Part shown: piece after piece, positions 10,286-19,310 of the stretch
Layout: each line of letters starts with the position of its first letter
Numbering within the stretch: position 1 is the stretch's first letter
Source: Alphaproteobacteria bacterium
GTDB taxonomy: Bacteria > Pseudomonadota > Alphaproteobacteria > UBA828
DNA: 64,000 nucleotides
Assembly (NCBI GenBank): GCA_963667785.2
Contig: CAXXMU010000002.1
Location: 160,001-224,000 of the forward strand
Direction of reading: 5' to 3'
Notes under the pieces: generated by a model
Database searches by the model: none
Seen by the model: only the letters and a program-made list of their open reading frames with translations
Told to the model about the DNA's origin: nothing
Position numbers and translations under genes: made by a program

Positions 10286-11233
10286 GTGTCGATGGTCGAC
10301 TCACGCTTGGCGGACATCGTTCGAAACTGCCGGAACACGACGGCCAGCAGCTGCGGCGGCTATCTGGAGCCGACGGCCACGGGTCAGCCGGGAGCCTACG
10401 TCTCGACGATTCTGCTTTCGACCGGCAGCGTCAATCTCGAGCAGTTTCCGGGCTACCCGTTCGAGGAGGATCTGGACCAGGGCATGGCCGAGATCGTGTC
10501 CTACGACCGCGCCGAGTGTAACGATTCCTATATCGGCCAGGTCAACATGCTGCAGGCGTCGTCGTTCAGCGGCGTCAACGGCGCCATCTGGGGCTACGAC
10601 CTGGCGATCGAACCCCGCATCGGCAAGACCTATCCCGTCGGCCGCATCGAGAACATTCCCATCTACTCGCTCATTCCCCTGCGCGACGCCACCCGGCAGC
10701 TCTTCGGCGTCGCCGAGAGCCGGCACTTTCCGCCGCAGGAAGGGGCGATGGTCGTCTGTGCCGAGAAGTACCGGACGAGCACGGTCTCCGACGGCAATCT
10801 CTGGATCTGGTGCGCGCTCGGCTTCGCGATTGCGGAGGATCGCGAGAACCATGCCTGCCTGTTCATGGAAGATACGGGCTCGCTGGCGCTGGGGCCGGAC
10901 GGGGGACAGGCGGTGCGGGAGAGGCTCGACGACAGGCTCAACAGGATCGCCTACGCGGCGTACCTCTGCGGCGTGAACCAAGGCGCGACCTACGAGAAGA
11001 TCTATATCGGCTGGAAGGCGTCCCACATTCCCGAGAACCATGTGGGCTGCGCGCTCGCCTGCGCGCCGTACGTGACGCTGCCGACGGGCGCGTTCAGGAA
11101 CATCACGCCGGAGACGGGCATCCTGGAGCTTTCGACGGACGAGTGGCTGTCCCGGGTCGGCCACTCCAGGGTGGACGAGCCCGACTACGAGCTCGAGACC
11201 CTGACCGGGCCGAACATCCCGGCCGTGCAGTAG
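10286..11233 (+). CDS. hdcA: Pyruvoyl-dependent histidine decarboxylase proenzyme (HdcA-like)
   Basis: IVSYDRAE, YIGQVNMLQAS/SFSG self-cleavage site (Ser-Ser codons 10559-10564), IWGYDL, VVCAEK, LFMED and ACAPY match the recalled Lactobacillus-type HdcA pattern; start may be ATG 10292. Confidence 0.85.
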   Translation: MSMVDSRLADIVRNCRNTTASSCGGYLEPTATGQPGAYVSTILLSTGSVNLEQFPGYPFEEDLDQGMAEIVSYDRAECNDSYIGQVNMLQASSFSGVNGAIWGYDLAIEPRIGKTYPVGRIENIPIYSLIPLRDATRQLFGVAESRHFPPQEGAMVVCAEKYRTSTVSDGNLWIWCALGFAIAEDRENHACLFMEDTGSLALGPDGGQAVRERLDDRLNRIAYAAYLCGVNQGATYEKIYIGWKASHIPENHVGCALACAPYVTLPTGAFRNITPETGILELSTDEWLSRVGHSRVDEPDYELETLTGPNIPAVQ

Positions 11234-11279
11234 GCAACGGCTGCCACTCCCGATGGGCCGCTGACCGGAGAGTCGTGCG

Positions 11280-12365
11280 TTGACCGAGACGAGCATAGCG
11301 ATCGACGTGCGTAACGCGGTGAAGCGCTTCGGCGCGGTCACGGCGCTCGCCGGCGCGTCGCTGACGATCCGGGACAACGAGTTTTTCACGCTGCTCGGCC
11401 CTTCGGGCTGCGGCAAGACCACCCTGCTCCGCCTCATCGCCGGCTTCGAGGAGATCACCGAGGGCGAGATCCTCCTCTACGGCGAGGACCTCGGGGCGCT
11501 GCCGCCCAACCGGCGCCCGATCAACACCGTCTTCCAGCACTACGCGCTCTTCCCGCACATGACGGTGGCGGAGAACGTGGCCTTCGGCATGCGGAGGCTC
11601 GGCTGGAGCAAGGCCGACATCGAGGACCGGACGCTGCGCATCCTCGATCTGGTGAAGCTCGGCGACCTCGCGGCGCGGAGGCCCGCCCAGCTTTCGGGCG
11701 GGCAGCAGCAGCGGGTGGCACTCGCCCGCGCCATGGCGCCCCGGCCGAAGGTGCTCCTGCTCGACGAGCCGCTGTCCGCGCTCGACCTCAAGCTGCGTCA
11801 GGCCATGCGGATCGAGCTGAAGCAGATCCAGAAGGATACCGGCATCACCTTCGTCTTCGTCACCCACGACCAGGAAGAGGCGCTGACCATGTCAGACCGC
11901 ATCGCCGTGATGTCGGCGGGCGAGATCCGGCAGGTGGGCACGCCACGCGAGATCTACGAGGCGCCCCTCGACCGCTTCGTGGCCGACTTCATCGGCGAGA
12001 CCAACGTGCTGGACGCGACCGTGCGGCGGGGGCCGGACGATGCACTGACCTGCCACCTTGCCAACGGGGCCGCGTTCCCGTGCCACGCGAGCGTGCCGCC
12101 AGGAGACGGGGCCTTCGCACACGTGCTGATTCGGCCGGAGCGCCTCTCCCTCGTGCCCGAGGCGGTGTGCGACACCGGCCTCACGGGCGTGGTCGACCAG
12201 GCCGTCTACCTCGGCACCGACATCCAGTACGGCGTGCGGCTGGATGGGGGGCCGGACGTCCTGGTCCGCGCGCAGAATGTCGGCGCCGACGCGGTGACCT
12301 ATCGCACCGGTGATCGCGTCGGGCTCGCCATCGCCCCCGGCGCTGCGCGACTGCTGGTGGACTGA
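11280..12365 (+). CDS. Polyamine-type ABC transporter ATP-binding protein (PotA-like)
   Basis: GPSGCGKT, LSGGQQQRVALARA, LLLDEPLSALD, VTHDQEEA, C-terminal TOBE-like region. Confidence 0.93.
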   Translation: MTETSIAIDVRNAVKRFGAVTALAGASLTIRDNEFFTLLGPSGCGKTTLLRLIAGFEEITEGEILLYGEDLGALPPNRRPINTVFQHYALFPHMTVAENVAFGMRRLGWSKADIEDRTLRILDLVKLGDLAARRPAQLSGGQQQRVALARAMAPRPKVLLLDEPLSALDLKLRQAMRIELKQIQKDTGITFVFVTHDQEEALTMSDRIAVMSAGEIRQVGTPREIYEAPLDRFVADFIGETNVLDATVRRGPDDALTCHLANGAAFPCHASVPPGDGAFAHVLIRPERLSLVPEAVCDTGLTGVVDQAVYLGTDIQYGVRLDGGPDVLVRAQNVGADAVTYRTGDRVGLAIAPGAARLLVD

Positions 12366-13291
12366 TGGCCGGCGAGCTCGCCAGCACGCGCGCGGTCTCC
12401 CGCACCTTCGCGCCGGTGCGCACCCACTTGCTGATCCCGACCTGGGTGATCATCGGCTTCTTCCTCGTGGCGCCGGTGCTGATGATGCTCGTCTACTCCT
12501 TCCTGACGAAGGAGTTTCGGGGCGGCGTGATCTGGGACTTCTCGCTCGCGGCCTACGACCAGTTCATCTTCGACCGCGGCCTCTTCGGCGACGATCCGCC
12601 GCAGATCGAGTGGACCTACATCGTCATCTTCGCGCGCTCGATCGTGCAGGCCGCCGTCGCCACCGTGCTCTGCCTCATCATCGGCTTCCCGACCGCCTAC
12701 TTCATCGCGACCCGCTCGCCCGCGACGCGCTCGATGTGGCTCTTCCTGGTGACGGTTCCCTACTGGGTGAACCTGCTCATCCGCACGGTCTCGATGAAGT
12801 TCCTCATCCGCGACAACGGGCCGCTCAACGAGGCGCTGCTCGGTCTCGGGGTCATCAGCGAGCCGATCGCGCTCATCAACACCGATTTCGCCGTGCAGCT
12901 CGGCCTCTTCTACTCGTATCTGCCCTTCATGGTGCTGCCGATCTACGCCTCGGTGGAGCGCTACGACTTCGCCCTTTCGGAGGCGGCGGCCGACCTCTAC
13001 GCCAACCGCTGGACGATCCTGCGCAGGGTGATCCTGCCGATCGTGCGGCCAGGCATCGTGGCGGGCTGCATCCTGGTCTTCGTGCCAAGCCTCGGCGCCT
13101 TCCTCGCGCCCGACCTTCTCGGCGGCGCGAAGAACTTCCTGATCGGCTCGCTGATCGAGGAGCAGTTCAAGGGCAACGCCGGCAACTGGCCCTTCGGCGC
13201 TGCCGCCTCGATGATCCTGCTCTCCCTCGTGCTGATCGCGCTCTTCATCTACGCGCGCCGGCAGGCGCTGCGCAGCGCGAAGGCCGCCTGA
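12365..13291 (+). CDS. Polyamine-type ABC transporter permease (PotB-like)
   Basis: Hydrophobic helices, [18 protein letters not shown] (EAA loop), NWPFGAA. Confidence 0.9.
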   Translation: MAGELASTRAVSRTFAPVRTHLLIPTWVIIGFFLVAPVLMMLVYSFLTKEFRGGVIWDFSLAAYDQFIFDRGLFGDDPPQIEWTYIVIFARSIVQAAVATVLCLIIGFPTAYFIATRSPATRSMWLFLVTVPYWVNLLIRTVSMKFLIRDNGPLNEALLGLGVISEPIALINTDFAVQLGLFYSYLPFMVLPIYASVERYDFALSEAAADLYANRWTILRRVILPIVRPGIVAGCILVFVPSLGAFLAPDLLGGAKNFLIGSLIEEQFKGNAGNWPFGAAASMILLSLVLIALFIYARRQALRSAKAA

Positions 13292-13292
13292 G

Positions 13293-14114
13293 ATGCGGCG
13301 CAGGCTCGACATCCGCCGCTATCCCGGCTTCCTGCCGGTGACGATCCTCTGCCTCGTGGTGCTCTACGCGCCGCTGCTGGTGGTGATGGTCTACAGCTTC
13401 AACGACTCGCTCTCGATCACCCGCTGGGGCGGGTTCAGCTTCCGCTGGTACATGGACATCTTCACCGGGCCGGAATCGGCCAAGTTCAAGGATGCGGCGT
13501 GGAACTCGCTCACCATCGCGCTCTGCGCGGCGACGGCCAGTACGACCATCGCCACCGCCGCGGCGGTCGCGATGGTGCGGGGCGGCGCCTTCCGCGGCAA
13601 GGCGCTCAACCTCGCGCTCATCAGCATGCCGATCATGGTGCCGGAGATCGTCACCGCGGTGGCGACGCTGGTCTTCTTCAGCGCCATCGGTTTCACGCTC
13701 GGCTATCTCTCCATTCTCGTCGCCCACATCGTCTTCTGCATTCCGTTCGCGTACCTGCCGATCGCGGCACGCCTGCAGGGGATCGACGGCAGCTACGAGG
13801 AGGCCGCGCAGGATCTTTACGCGAGCCGCTTCCAGGCGTTCCTGCGCGTTCTCATGCCGTTGATGGCGCCCGGCATTCTCGCGGGCTTTCTGCTGGCATT
13901 CATCATCTCGCTGGACGATTTCATCATCACCAACTTCATCAAGGGCGCCGGTATCGAGACCCTGCCCACGGCGATATTCGGGGCCGTGAAGCAGGGCATC
14001 AAACCCAACATCATGGCGCTCAGCACCATCATGCTCTCCGTCTCGATCCTGATCGTCACGCTCTCCTATTTCATCAGCCGGTACGGTCGTCAGGGAACGA
14101 AGGCGGAGGCGTGA
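13293..14114 (+). CDS. Polyamine-type ABC transporter permease (PotC-like)
   Basis: YSFN...W.GFS.RWY, PEIV, EEAAQDL, SLDDF, ETLP motifs. Confidence 0.9.
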   Translation: MRRRLDIRRYPGFLPVTILCLVVLYAPLLVVMVYSFNDSLSITRWGGFSFRWYMDIFTGPESAKFKDAAWNSLTIALCAATASTTIATAAAVAMVRGGAFRGKALNLALISMPIMVPEIVTAVATLVFFSAIGFTLGYLSILVAHIVFCIPFAYLPIAARLQGIDGSYEEAAQDLYASRFQAFLRVLMPLMAPGILAGFLLAFIISLDDFIITNFIKGAGIETLPTAIFGAVKQGIKPNIMALSTIMLSVSILIVTLSYFISRYGRQGTKAEA

Positions 14115-14152
14115 GTTTTTTGCGGCAATCAAACTCAACCAAGGAGGCCACA

Positions 14153-15190
14153 ATGCGCTACTTGCTCAAAGCCGGAATGGCGGCGTTGGCCCTGACCCTT
14201 GTCGCAGGCGCGGCACAGGCGCAGGAGAAGCTCTCGATCTACCACTGGTTCGAGTACATCCCGCAGGAGCTGCTGGACAAGTTCTCCGCGGAAACGGGAA
14301 TCGAGGTGACCATGGACACCTTCGATTCCAACGAGGCCATGCTGGCATCGCTCAAGGCCGGCAAGCTCGGCTCCTACGACGTGGCGGTGCCGGGCGATTA
14401 CATGGTCGAGATCATGATCGGCGAAGGCATGCTCGACACCGTCGCGGACGGCGAGCTCGCCAACTTCGCGAACATCGAGCAGCAGTGGCTGGACGTGCCC
14501 TTCGACATGGGCCGCAAGCACTCGATCCCCTACCAGTGGGGCTCGACCAGCTTTTCGGTCAACCGGGACGTCTATCAGGGCGACATCAACGACACCGCCA
14601 TCGTCTACGACCCGCCGGACGAGCTTAAGGGCAGGATCAACGTGCTCGACTCCCAGGGCGAGGTCATGCTGCTGGCTGCCCTCCACCTCGGCATTCCGCA
14701 GTGCTCGACCGACCGCGAGCAGCTCAAGCAGCTCGACGCGCTGCTGCAGGCGGCGAAGCCGCACTGGGCCTCGTTCAACTCCGACGGCGCCAAGGACGTG
14801 CTGGTCTCCGGCGACGCCGCGGTGGGGATGATCTGGAACGGCTTCGGCGCCAAGGCACGCGCCGAGGGCGCCAACATCGAGTACGCCTACCCGCGCCAGG
14901 GTTATGTCGTCTGGATGGACAATGTCGTGCTGCTGAAGGACGCCCCCAACCGGGCCAGCGCGATCAAGTTCATGGACTTCCTGCTGGAGCCGGAGAACAT
15001 CGCCGCGGTCACCAACTACGCGCGCTATGCCGCCGGCGTGACGGGCGTGACTCCGCATCTCGATCCGGAGCTCGCCAGCCAGCCCGAATCGGTGCCGCCG
15101 GCCGACGCGCCTGCCGGCACCTTCGTCGCCGTGTGCGATCAGGCGACGCAGGAGGTCTACGACACCATGTGGACCCGCCTGAAGAAGTAG
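14153..15190 (+). CDS. Polyamine-type ABC transporter periplasmic binding protein (PotD/PotF-like)
   Basis: AAGGAGG RBS, signal peptide ending AQA, W.EYI, FDSNEAM, PYQWG, WNG, WMDN. Confidence 0.9.
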   Translation: MRYLLKAGMAALALTLVAGAAQAQEKLSIYHWFEYIPQELLDKFSAETGIEVTMDTFDSNEAMLASLKAGKLGSYDVAVPGDYMVEIMIGEGMLDTVADGELANFANIEQQWLDVPFDMGRKHSIPYQWGSTSFSVNRDVYQGDINDTAIVYDPPDELKGRINVLDSQGEVMLLAALHLGIPQCSTDREQLKQLDALLQAAKPHWASFNSDGAKDVLVSGDAAVGMIWNGFGAKARAEGANIEYAYPRQGYVVWMDNVVLLKDAPNRASAIKFMDFLLEPENIAAVTNYARYAAGVTGVTPHLDPELASQPESVPPADAPAGTFVAVCDQATQEVYDTMWTRLKK

Positions 15191-15274
15191 ACGTCCGTTA
15201 CCCGTTGCCGGGCGGCGCGCTCCAGCGGGGCGCGTCGCGCCGGCCACCCCTGTCTCGGCCGATCGGGTGATCCC

Positions 15275-17347
15275 ATGAGCGTTGATTCGCGTTTCGACAT
15301 TCTGCTTCAGCCCATCGAGATCGGGCCCGTCACCGCCCGCAACCGCTTCTACCAGGTGCCGCATTGCACCGGCATGGGCTACCGCGACCCGACGGCGCTC
15401 GCCCACATGCGCGGCGTCAAGGCCGAAGGGGGCTGGGCCGTGGTCTGCACCGAGCAGGTCGAGTTCCACTGGACCTCGGAGATCACGCCCTTCATCGAGC
15501 TCCGGCTCTGGGACGACCGCGACATTCCGATGCTCGCCAGGATGGCGGAGCACGTCCACGCGCACGGCGCGCTCGCCGGGCTGGAGCTTTGCTACAACGG
15601 CGCGCACGCGCCCAACTTCTATTCGCGCGAAGTGCCGCTGGCGCCGACGGGCCTGCCGGTCGCGAGCTTCAGTTACGAGCCCGTCCAGGCGCGCAGCATG
15701 GACAAGCAGGACATCCGCAACGTCCGCCGCTGGCACAGGGCGGCGGCGCTTCGCGCCCGGCAGGCGGGCTACGACCTGATCTACGTGTACGCCGGCCACG
15801 GGCTGAGCTTCCTCCATCACTTCCTCTCCAGGGAGTTCAATCACCGCACGGACGAATACGGCGGCTCGCTGGAGAACCGCGTCCGGCTCCTCAAGGAGCT
15901 CCTGACCGACACCAGGGAGGCGGTGGGCGACACCTGCGCCGTTCCCTGTCGCCTCTCGATGGACGAGCTGCGCGGGGGCGTCGGGCTGGAGAAGGCCGAG
16001 ACCGAGGACATGATCGGACTCGTGGCCGAGATTCCGGACCTCTGGGACGTCTGCCTCGCCTCCTGGGAGAACGACAGCATGCCGTCCCGCTTCGGCGAGG
16101 AGGGCGGGCAGGAGCCCTACATCGACGGCGTGAAGAAGCTCACCACCAAGCCCGTGGTGGGCGTCGGCCGCTACACCTCGCCCGACCGCATGGCGTCCAT
16201 CATCCGCAAGGGCATCGTCGACCTGATCGGCTGCGCGCGGCCCTCCATCGCCGATCCCTTCCTGCCGCGAAAGGTGGAGGAGGGGCGCATCGAGGACATC
16301 CGCGAGTGCATCGGCTGCAACATCTGCGTCTCCGGCGACTTCACCATGTCGCCCATCCGCTGCACCCAGAACCCGACCATGGGGGAGGAGTGGCGCCGGG
16401 GCTGGCATCCGGAGCGCATCCGGCCGAAGGAGAGCGACAAGCCCGTCCTCGTCGTCGGCGCCGGCCCCGCCGGACTGGAGGCGGCACAGGCGCTCGGCAA
16501 GCGGGGCTACGAGGTGACCCTGGCGGAGCAGGCCACGGAGCTCGGCGGCCGCGTGGCAAAGGAGTGCCGCCTGCCGGGGCTCGCCGCCTGGGGCCGGGTT
16601 CGCGACTGGCGCGTCGAGCAGCTTCACAAGCTGCCGAACGTGAGCGTCTACCTGGATTCACGCCTCGATGCGGAGGCCGTCCTTGAGTTCGGCTGCCCCC
16701 GCGTCGTCATCGCCACCGGGTCGCGCTGGCGCGGCGACGGGGTGGGCCGCCACTGGACGACGCCGGTGCCGACCGGGGACGGCGCGCAGGTGCTGACGCC
16801 CGACGACATCATGGAGGATCGTCTGCCGCAGGGCCGGCGCGTCCTCGTCTGGGACGACGATCACTACTACATGGCCAGCGTGATGGCCGAGCTCCTGGCG
16901 GAGAAGGGCTTCGACACCACCTACGTTACGCCCGCGTCGGAGGCCTCGACCTGGTCGCGCAACACCATGGAGCAGCACTTCGCGCAGGCGCGCATGCTGG
17001 AGAAGGGAATTCGCATCCAGCCGTTCCGGACGCTAAACCGCATCGCGCCGGGCGCGGTCGCGCTCTCGTGCGTTCACACGGGCCGGGAGGAGGAGCTGGA
17101 GGCCGATGCCGTGCTCCTCGTCACCTCCCGCACGCCGTCGGACGAGCTCGCGACCGCGCTCGCGCGCCTGCACGAGAGGTGGTCGGACGCCGGTCTCGAA
17201 GCCGTCGACGCCATCGGCGACGCGCTCGCGCCGGCGACCATCGCGCATGCCGTCTACGCCGGCCGGCGCTACGCGGAGGAGCTCGACGGCCCGGGGGTCA
17301 CGGGCGATGCGGTGCCCTTCAAGCGCGAGCTTGCCGAATTGATCTAG
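15275..17347 (+). CDS. Histamine dehydrogenase-like (TMADH/HADH family; 6-S-cysteinyl-FMN, 4Fe-4S)
   Basis: NRFYQVPHCTGMGYRDP (covalent FMN Cys), KAEGGWAVVCTEQVE, PFIELRLWD, CIGCNICVSGD...C cluster motif, GAGPAG; the GYRDP/PFIELR/SGDxTMSPIRC segments resemble recalled Nocardioides HADH more than TMADH. Confidence 0.8.
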   Translation: MSVDSRFDILLQPIEIGPVTARNRFYQVPHCTGMGYRDPTALAHMRGVKAEGGWAVVCTEQVEFHWTSEITPFIELRLWDDRDIPMLARMAEHVHAHGALAGLELCYNGAHAPNFYSREVPLAPTGLPVASFSYEPVQARSMDKQDIRNVRRWHRAAALRARQAGYDLIYVYAGHGLSFLHHFLSREFNHRTDEYGGSLENRVRLLKELLTDTREAVGDTCAVPCRLSMDELRGGVGLEKAETEDMIGLVAEIPDLWDVCLASWENDSMPSRFGEEGGQEPYIDGVKKLTTKPVVGVGRYTSPDRMASIIRKGIVDLIGCARPSIADPFLPRKVEEGRIEDIRECIGCNICVSGDFTMSPIRCTQNPTMGEEWRRGWHPERIRPKESDKPVLVVGAGPAGLEAAQALGKRGYEVTLAEQATELGGRVAKECRLPGLAAWGRVRDWRVEQLHKLPNVSVYLDSRLDAEAVLEFGCPRVVIATGSRWRGDGVGRHWTTPVPTGDGAQVLTPDDIMEDRLPQGRRVLVWDDDHYYMASVMAELLAEKGFDTTYVTPASEASTWSRNTMEQHFAQARMLEKGIRIQPFRTLNRIAPGAVALSCVHTGREEELEADAVLLVTSRTPSDELATALARLHERWSDAGLEAVDAIGDALAPATIAHAVYAGRRYAEELDGPGVTGDAVPFKRELAELI

Positions 17348-17366
17348 GGAAGCTCGCGGCTTCTCC

Positions 17367-18887
17367 TCAGCGCAGGAACAGGCGGTACGCGGGATTGTCG
17401 CTCTCGTCGCGATAGTCGTAGCCCACCTCGTCGAGAAACGACTGGAAGTCCGCGCGGTCCTCCTGCGGCACCTGCAGACCGATCAGCACCCGGCCGAAAT
17501 CGGAGCCGTGGTTGCGATAGTGGAACATGCTGATGTTCCAGGGCTTGCTCCCCATGCGCGTGAGGAAGTGCATCAGCGCCCCCGGGCGCTCGGGAAAGTC
17601 GAAGCGATAGAGCACCTCGTCGAGCGCACCGGGCGCCCGCCCGCCGACCATGTAGCGCACGTGGAGCTTGGCCATCTCGTTGTCGGTCAGATCGAGCACC
17701 GGGTAGCCGTCGCGCTCCAGCGCATCGATGAGCGAACGCCTGTCGGCGCCGGCACCGCTGATCTCCACGCCCACGAAGATGTGCGCGTCCGCGTCGTCGG
17801 CGAAGCGGTAGTTGAACTCGGTGATCGAGCGGTTGCCGATAAGCTCGCAGAACCGGAGCAGGCTGCCGGGGCGCTCCGGGATGGTCACCGCGAGCAGGAT
17901 CTCCCGCTGCTCGCCGAGCTGGGCCCGCTGGGCGATGTGGCGGAGGCGGTCGAAGTTGACGTTGGCGCCGCTCACCACCGCCGCGAAGCGCCCGCCGCCC
18001 TCCGCGCCCTCCCGCTCGACGTAGCGCTTGAGGCCTGCGACAGCGAGCGCGCCCGCCGGCTCGGCGATCGAGCGCGTGTCCTCGAAGATGTCCTTGATGG
18101 CGGCGCAGATCTCGTCGGTGGAGACCAGCACCACCTCGTCGACGCAGTGCCGTGCGATGCGGAAGGGCTCGGCGCCGATCTGCTTCACCGCCACGCCGTC
18201 GGCGAAGGTGCCGACCTGTTCCAGCACCACCCGCTCGCCCGCCGCGAGCGCCGCATGCAGCGTCGGCGTGTCGCGGGGCTCGACGCCGACGATCCGCGTC
18301 TCGGGCCACAGTGCCTTGATATAGGCGGCGATTCCGGCGATGAGGCCGCCGCCGCCGACGCTCACGAAGATTGCGTCGAAGGGCTCGCCCTGCTGGCGCA
18401 CGATCTCCATCCCCACGGTGCCCTGCCCGGCGATGATCTGCTCGTCGTCATAGGGCGGAATGAGGACCATCCCGCGCTCGGCGGCCAGCGCTTCCGCCCG
18501 CTCCTTCGCACCGTCGTAGGAATCGCCCGCGAGCAGCACCTCGGCGCCGAGCCTCTCGACCGCGTCCACCTTGATACGCGGCGCCGTCTCCGGCATGACG
18601 ATGAGCGCACGGGCGCCGAGCGTGCGCGCAGCCAGCGCCACGCCTTGGGCGTGATTGCCGGCGGACGATGCGACGACCCCCCGCGCCCGCTCCTCGGCGC
18701 TGAGCGACGAGAGCTTGTTGTAGGCGCCGCGCAGCTTGAACGAGAAGACCGGCTGCAGGTCCTCGCGCTTGAGCCATATCCCGGTTCCGAGCCGGGAGGA
18801 GAGCTTCGGCGCGTGCTCGAGGGGGGTCTCGCGCGCCACGTCGTAGACGCGCGCCTTCAGGATCTTCGCGACATAGTCTCGGGACAT
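17367..18887 (-). CDS. ilvA: Threonine ammonia-lyase, biosynthetic (long form with C-terminal regulatory domains)
   Basis: KREDLQPVFSFKLRGAYNK PLP-Lys motif, SAGNHAQGVA, PERPG repeats, FHYRNHG. Confidence 0.95.
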   Translation of the reverse strand: MSRDYVAKILKARVYDVARETPLEHAPKLSSRLGTGIWLKREDLQPVFSFKLRGAYNKLSSLSAEERARGVVASSAGNHAQGVALAARTLGARALIVMPETAPRIKVDAVERLGAEVLLAGDSYDGAKERAEALAAERGMVLIPPYDDEQIIAGQGTVGMEIVRQQGEPFDAIFVSVGGGGLIAGIAAYIKALWPETRIVGVEPRDTPTLHAALAAGERVVLEQVGTFADGVAVKQIGAEPFRIARHCVDEVVLVSTDEICAAIKDIFEDTRSIAEPAGALAVAGLKRYVEREGAEGGGRFAAVVSGANVNFDRLRHIAQRAQLGEQREILLAVTIPERPGSLLRFCELIGNRSITEFNYRFADDADAHIFVGVEISGAGADRRSLIDALERDGYPVLDLTDNEMAKLHVRYMVGGRAPGALDEVLYRFDFPERPGALMHFLTRMGSKPWNISMFHYRNHGSDFGRVLIGLQVPQEDRADFQSFLDEVGYDYRDESDNPAYRLFLR

Positions 18888-19011
18888 GGGGCGGGGCTCG
18901 TTCGTAGGGCGGCGCGCGGGCGCCGGCGCGTCCGCGTCGTGGAGCATGCACATGGGGGCGCGGCGCGGGCGAGTCAACACGCCGGGGCGGCTTGGCAATG
19001 GCGCCGCCTCG

Positions 19012-19041
19012 CTTGCCGGCTGCCTCTGCCTGGCGCTATAA
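19012..19041 (+). promoter_or_regulatory. Putative promoter of tRNA-Pro (CTTGCC-N18-CTATAA)
   Basis: Resembles the alphaproteobacterial CTTG-N-CTATA housekeeping promoter pattern; ~50 nt upstream of the tRNA. Confidence 0.45.
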
Positions 19042-19090
19042 GGAGCGCGCGCTCAGGCGGGGCTCCTCCCGCCCGGACGCACCCTTCGGC

Positions 19091-19167
19091 CGGAGTGTAG
19101 CTCAGCCTGGTAGAGCACCGTCTTCGGGAGGCGGGGGTCGGTGGTTCAAATCCACTCACTCCGACCA
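19091..19167 (+). tRNA. tRNA-Pro (anticodon CGG)
   Basis: CGGAGTG/CACTCCG acceptor stem, D-loop TAGCTCAGCCTGGTAGAGC, anticodon loop TT-CGG-GA, GGTTCAAATCC T-arm, encoded CCA. Confidence 0.97.
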
Positions 19168-19310
19168 GATTTCGGGACAGTTGACCCGTGCCGCGGGCGG
19201 TCCGCGCCGTACGGCTGCGACGGACACGGGCAATCGACAGCCATGATCCTTGCAGGGAGGCATCGCGCGGGAGCCTGCCTCCGGCCTTCTCCACGACCGG
19301 GGGCGGTATC

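Noticed and set aside
15205-15245. GC hairpin between the binding-protein gene and the dehydrogenase as a terminator
   Set aside because: No U-tract; more likely an ordinary mRNA-stabilising stem, and it cannot be supported further
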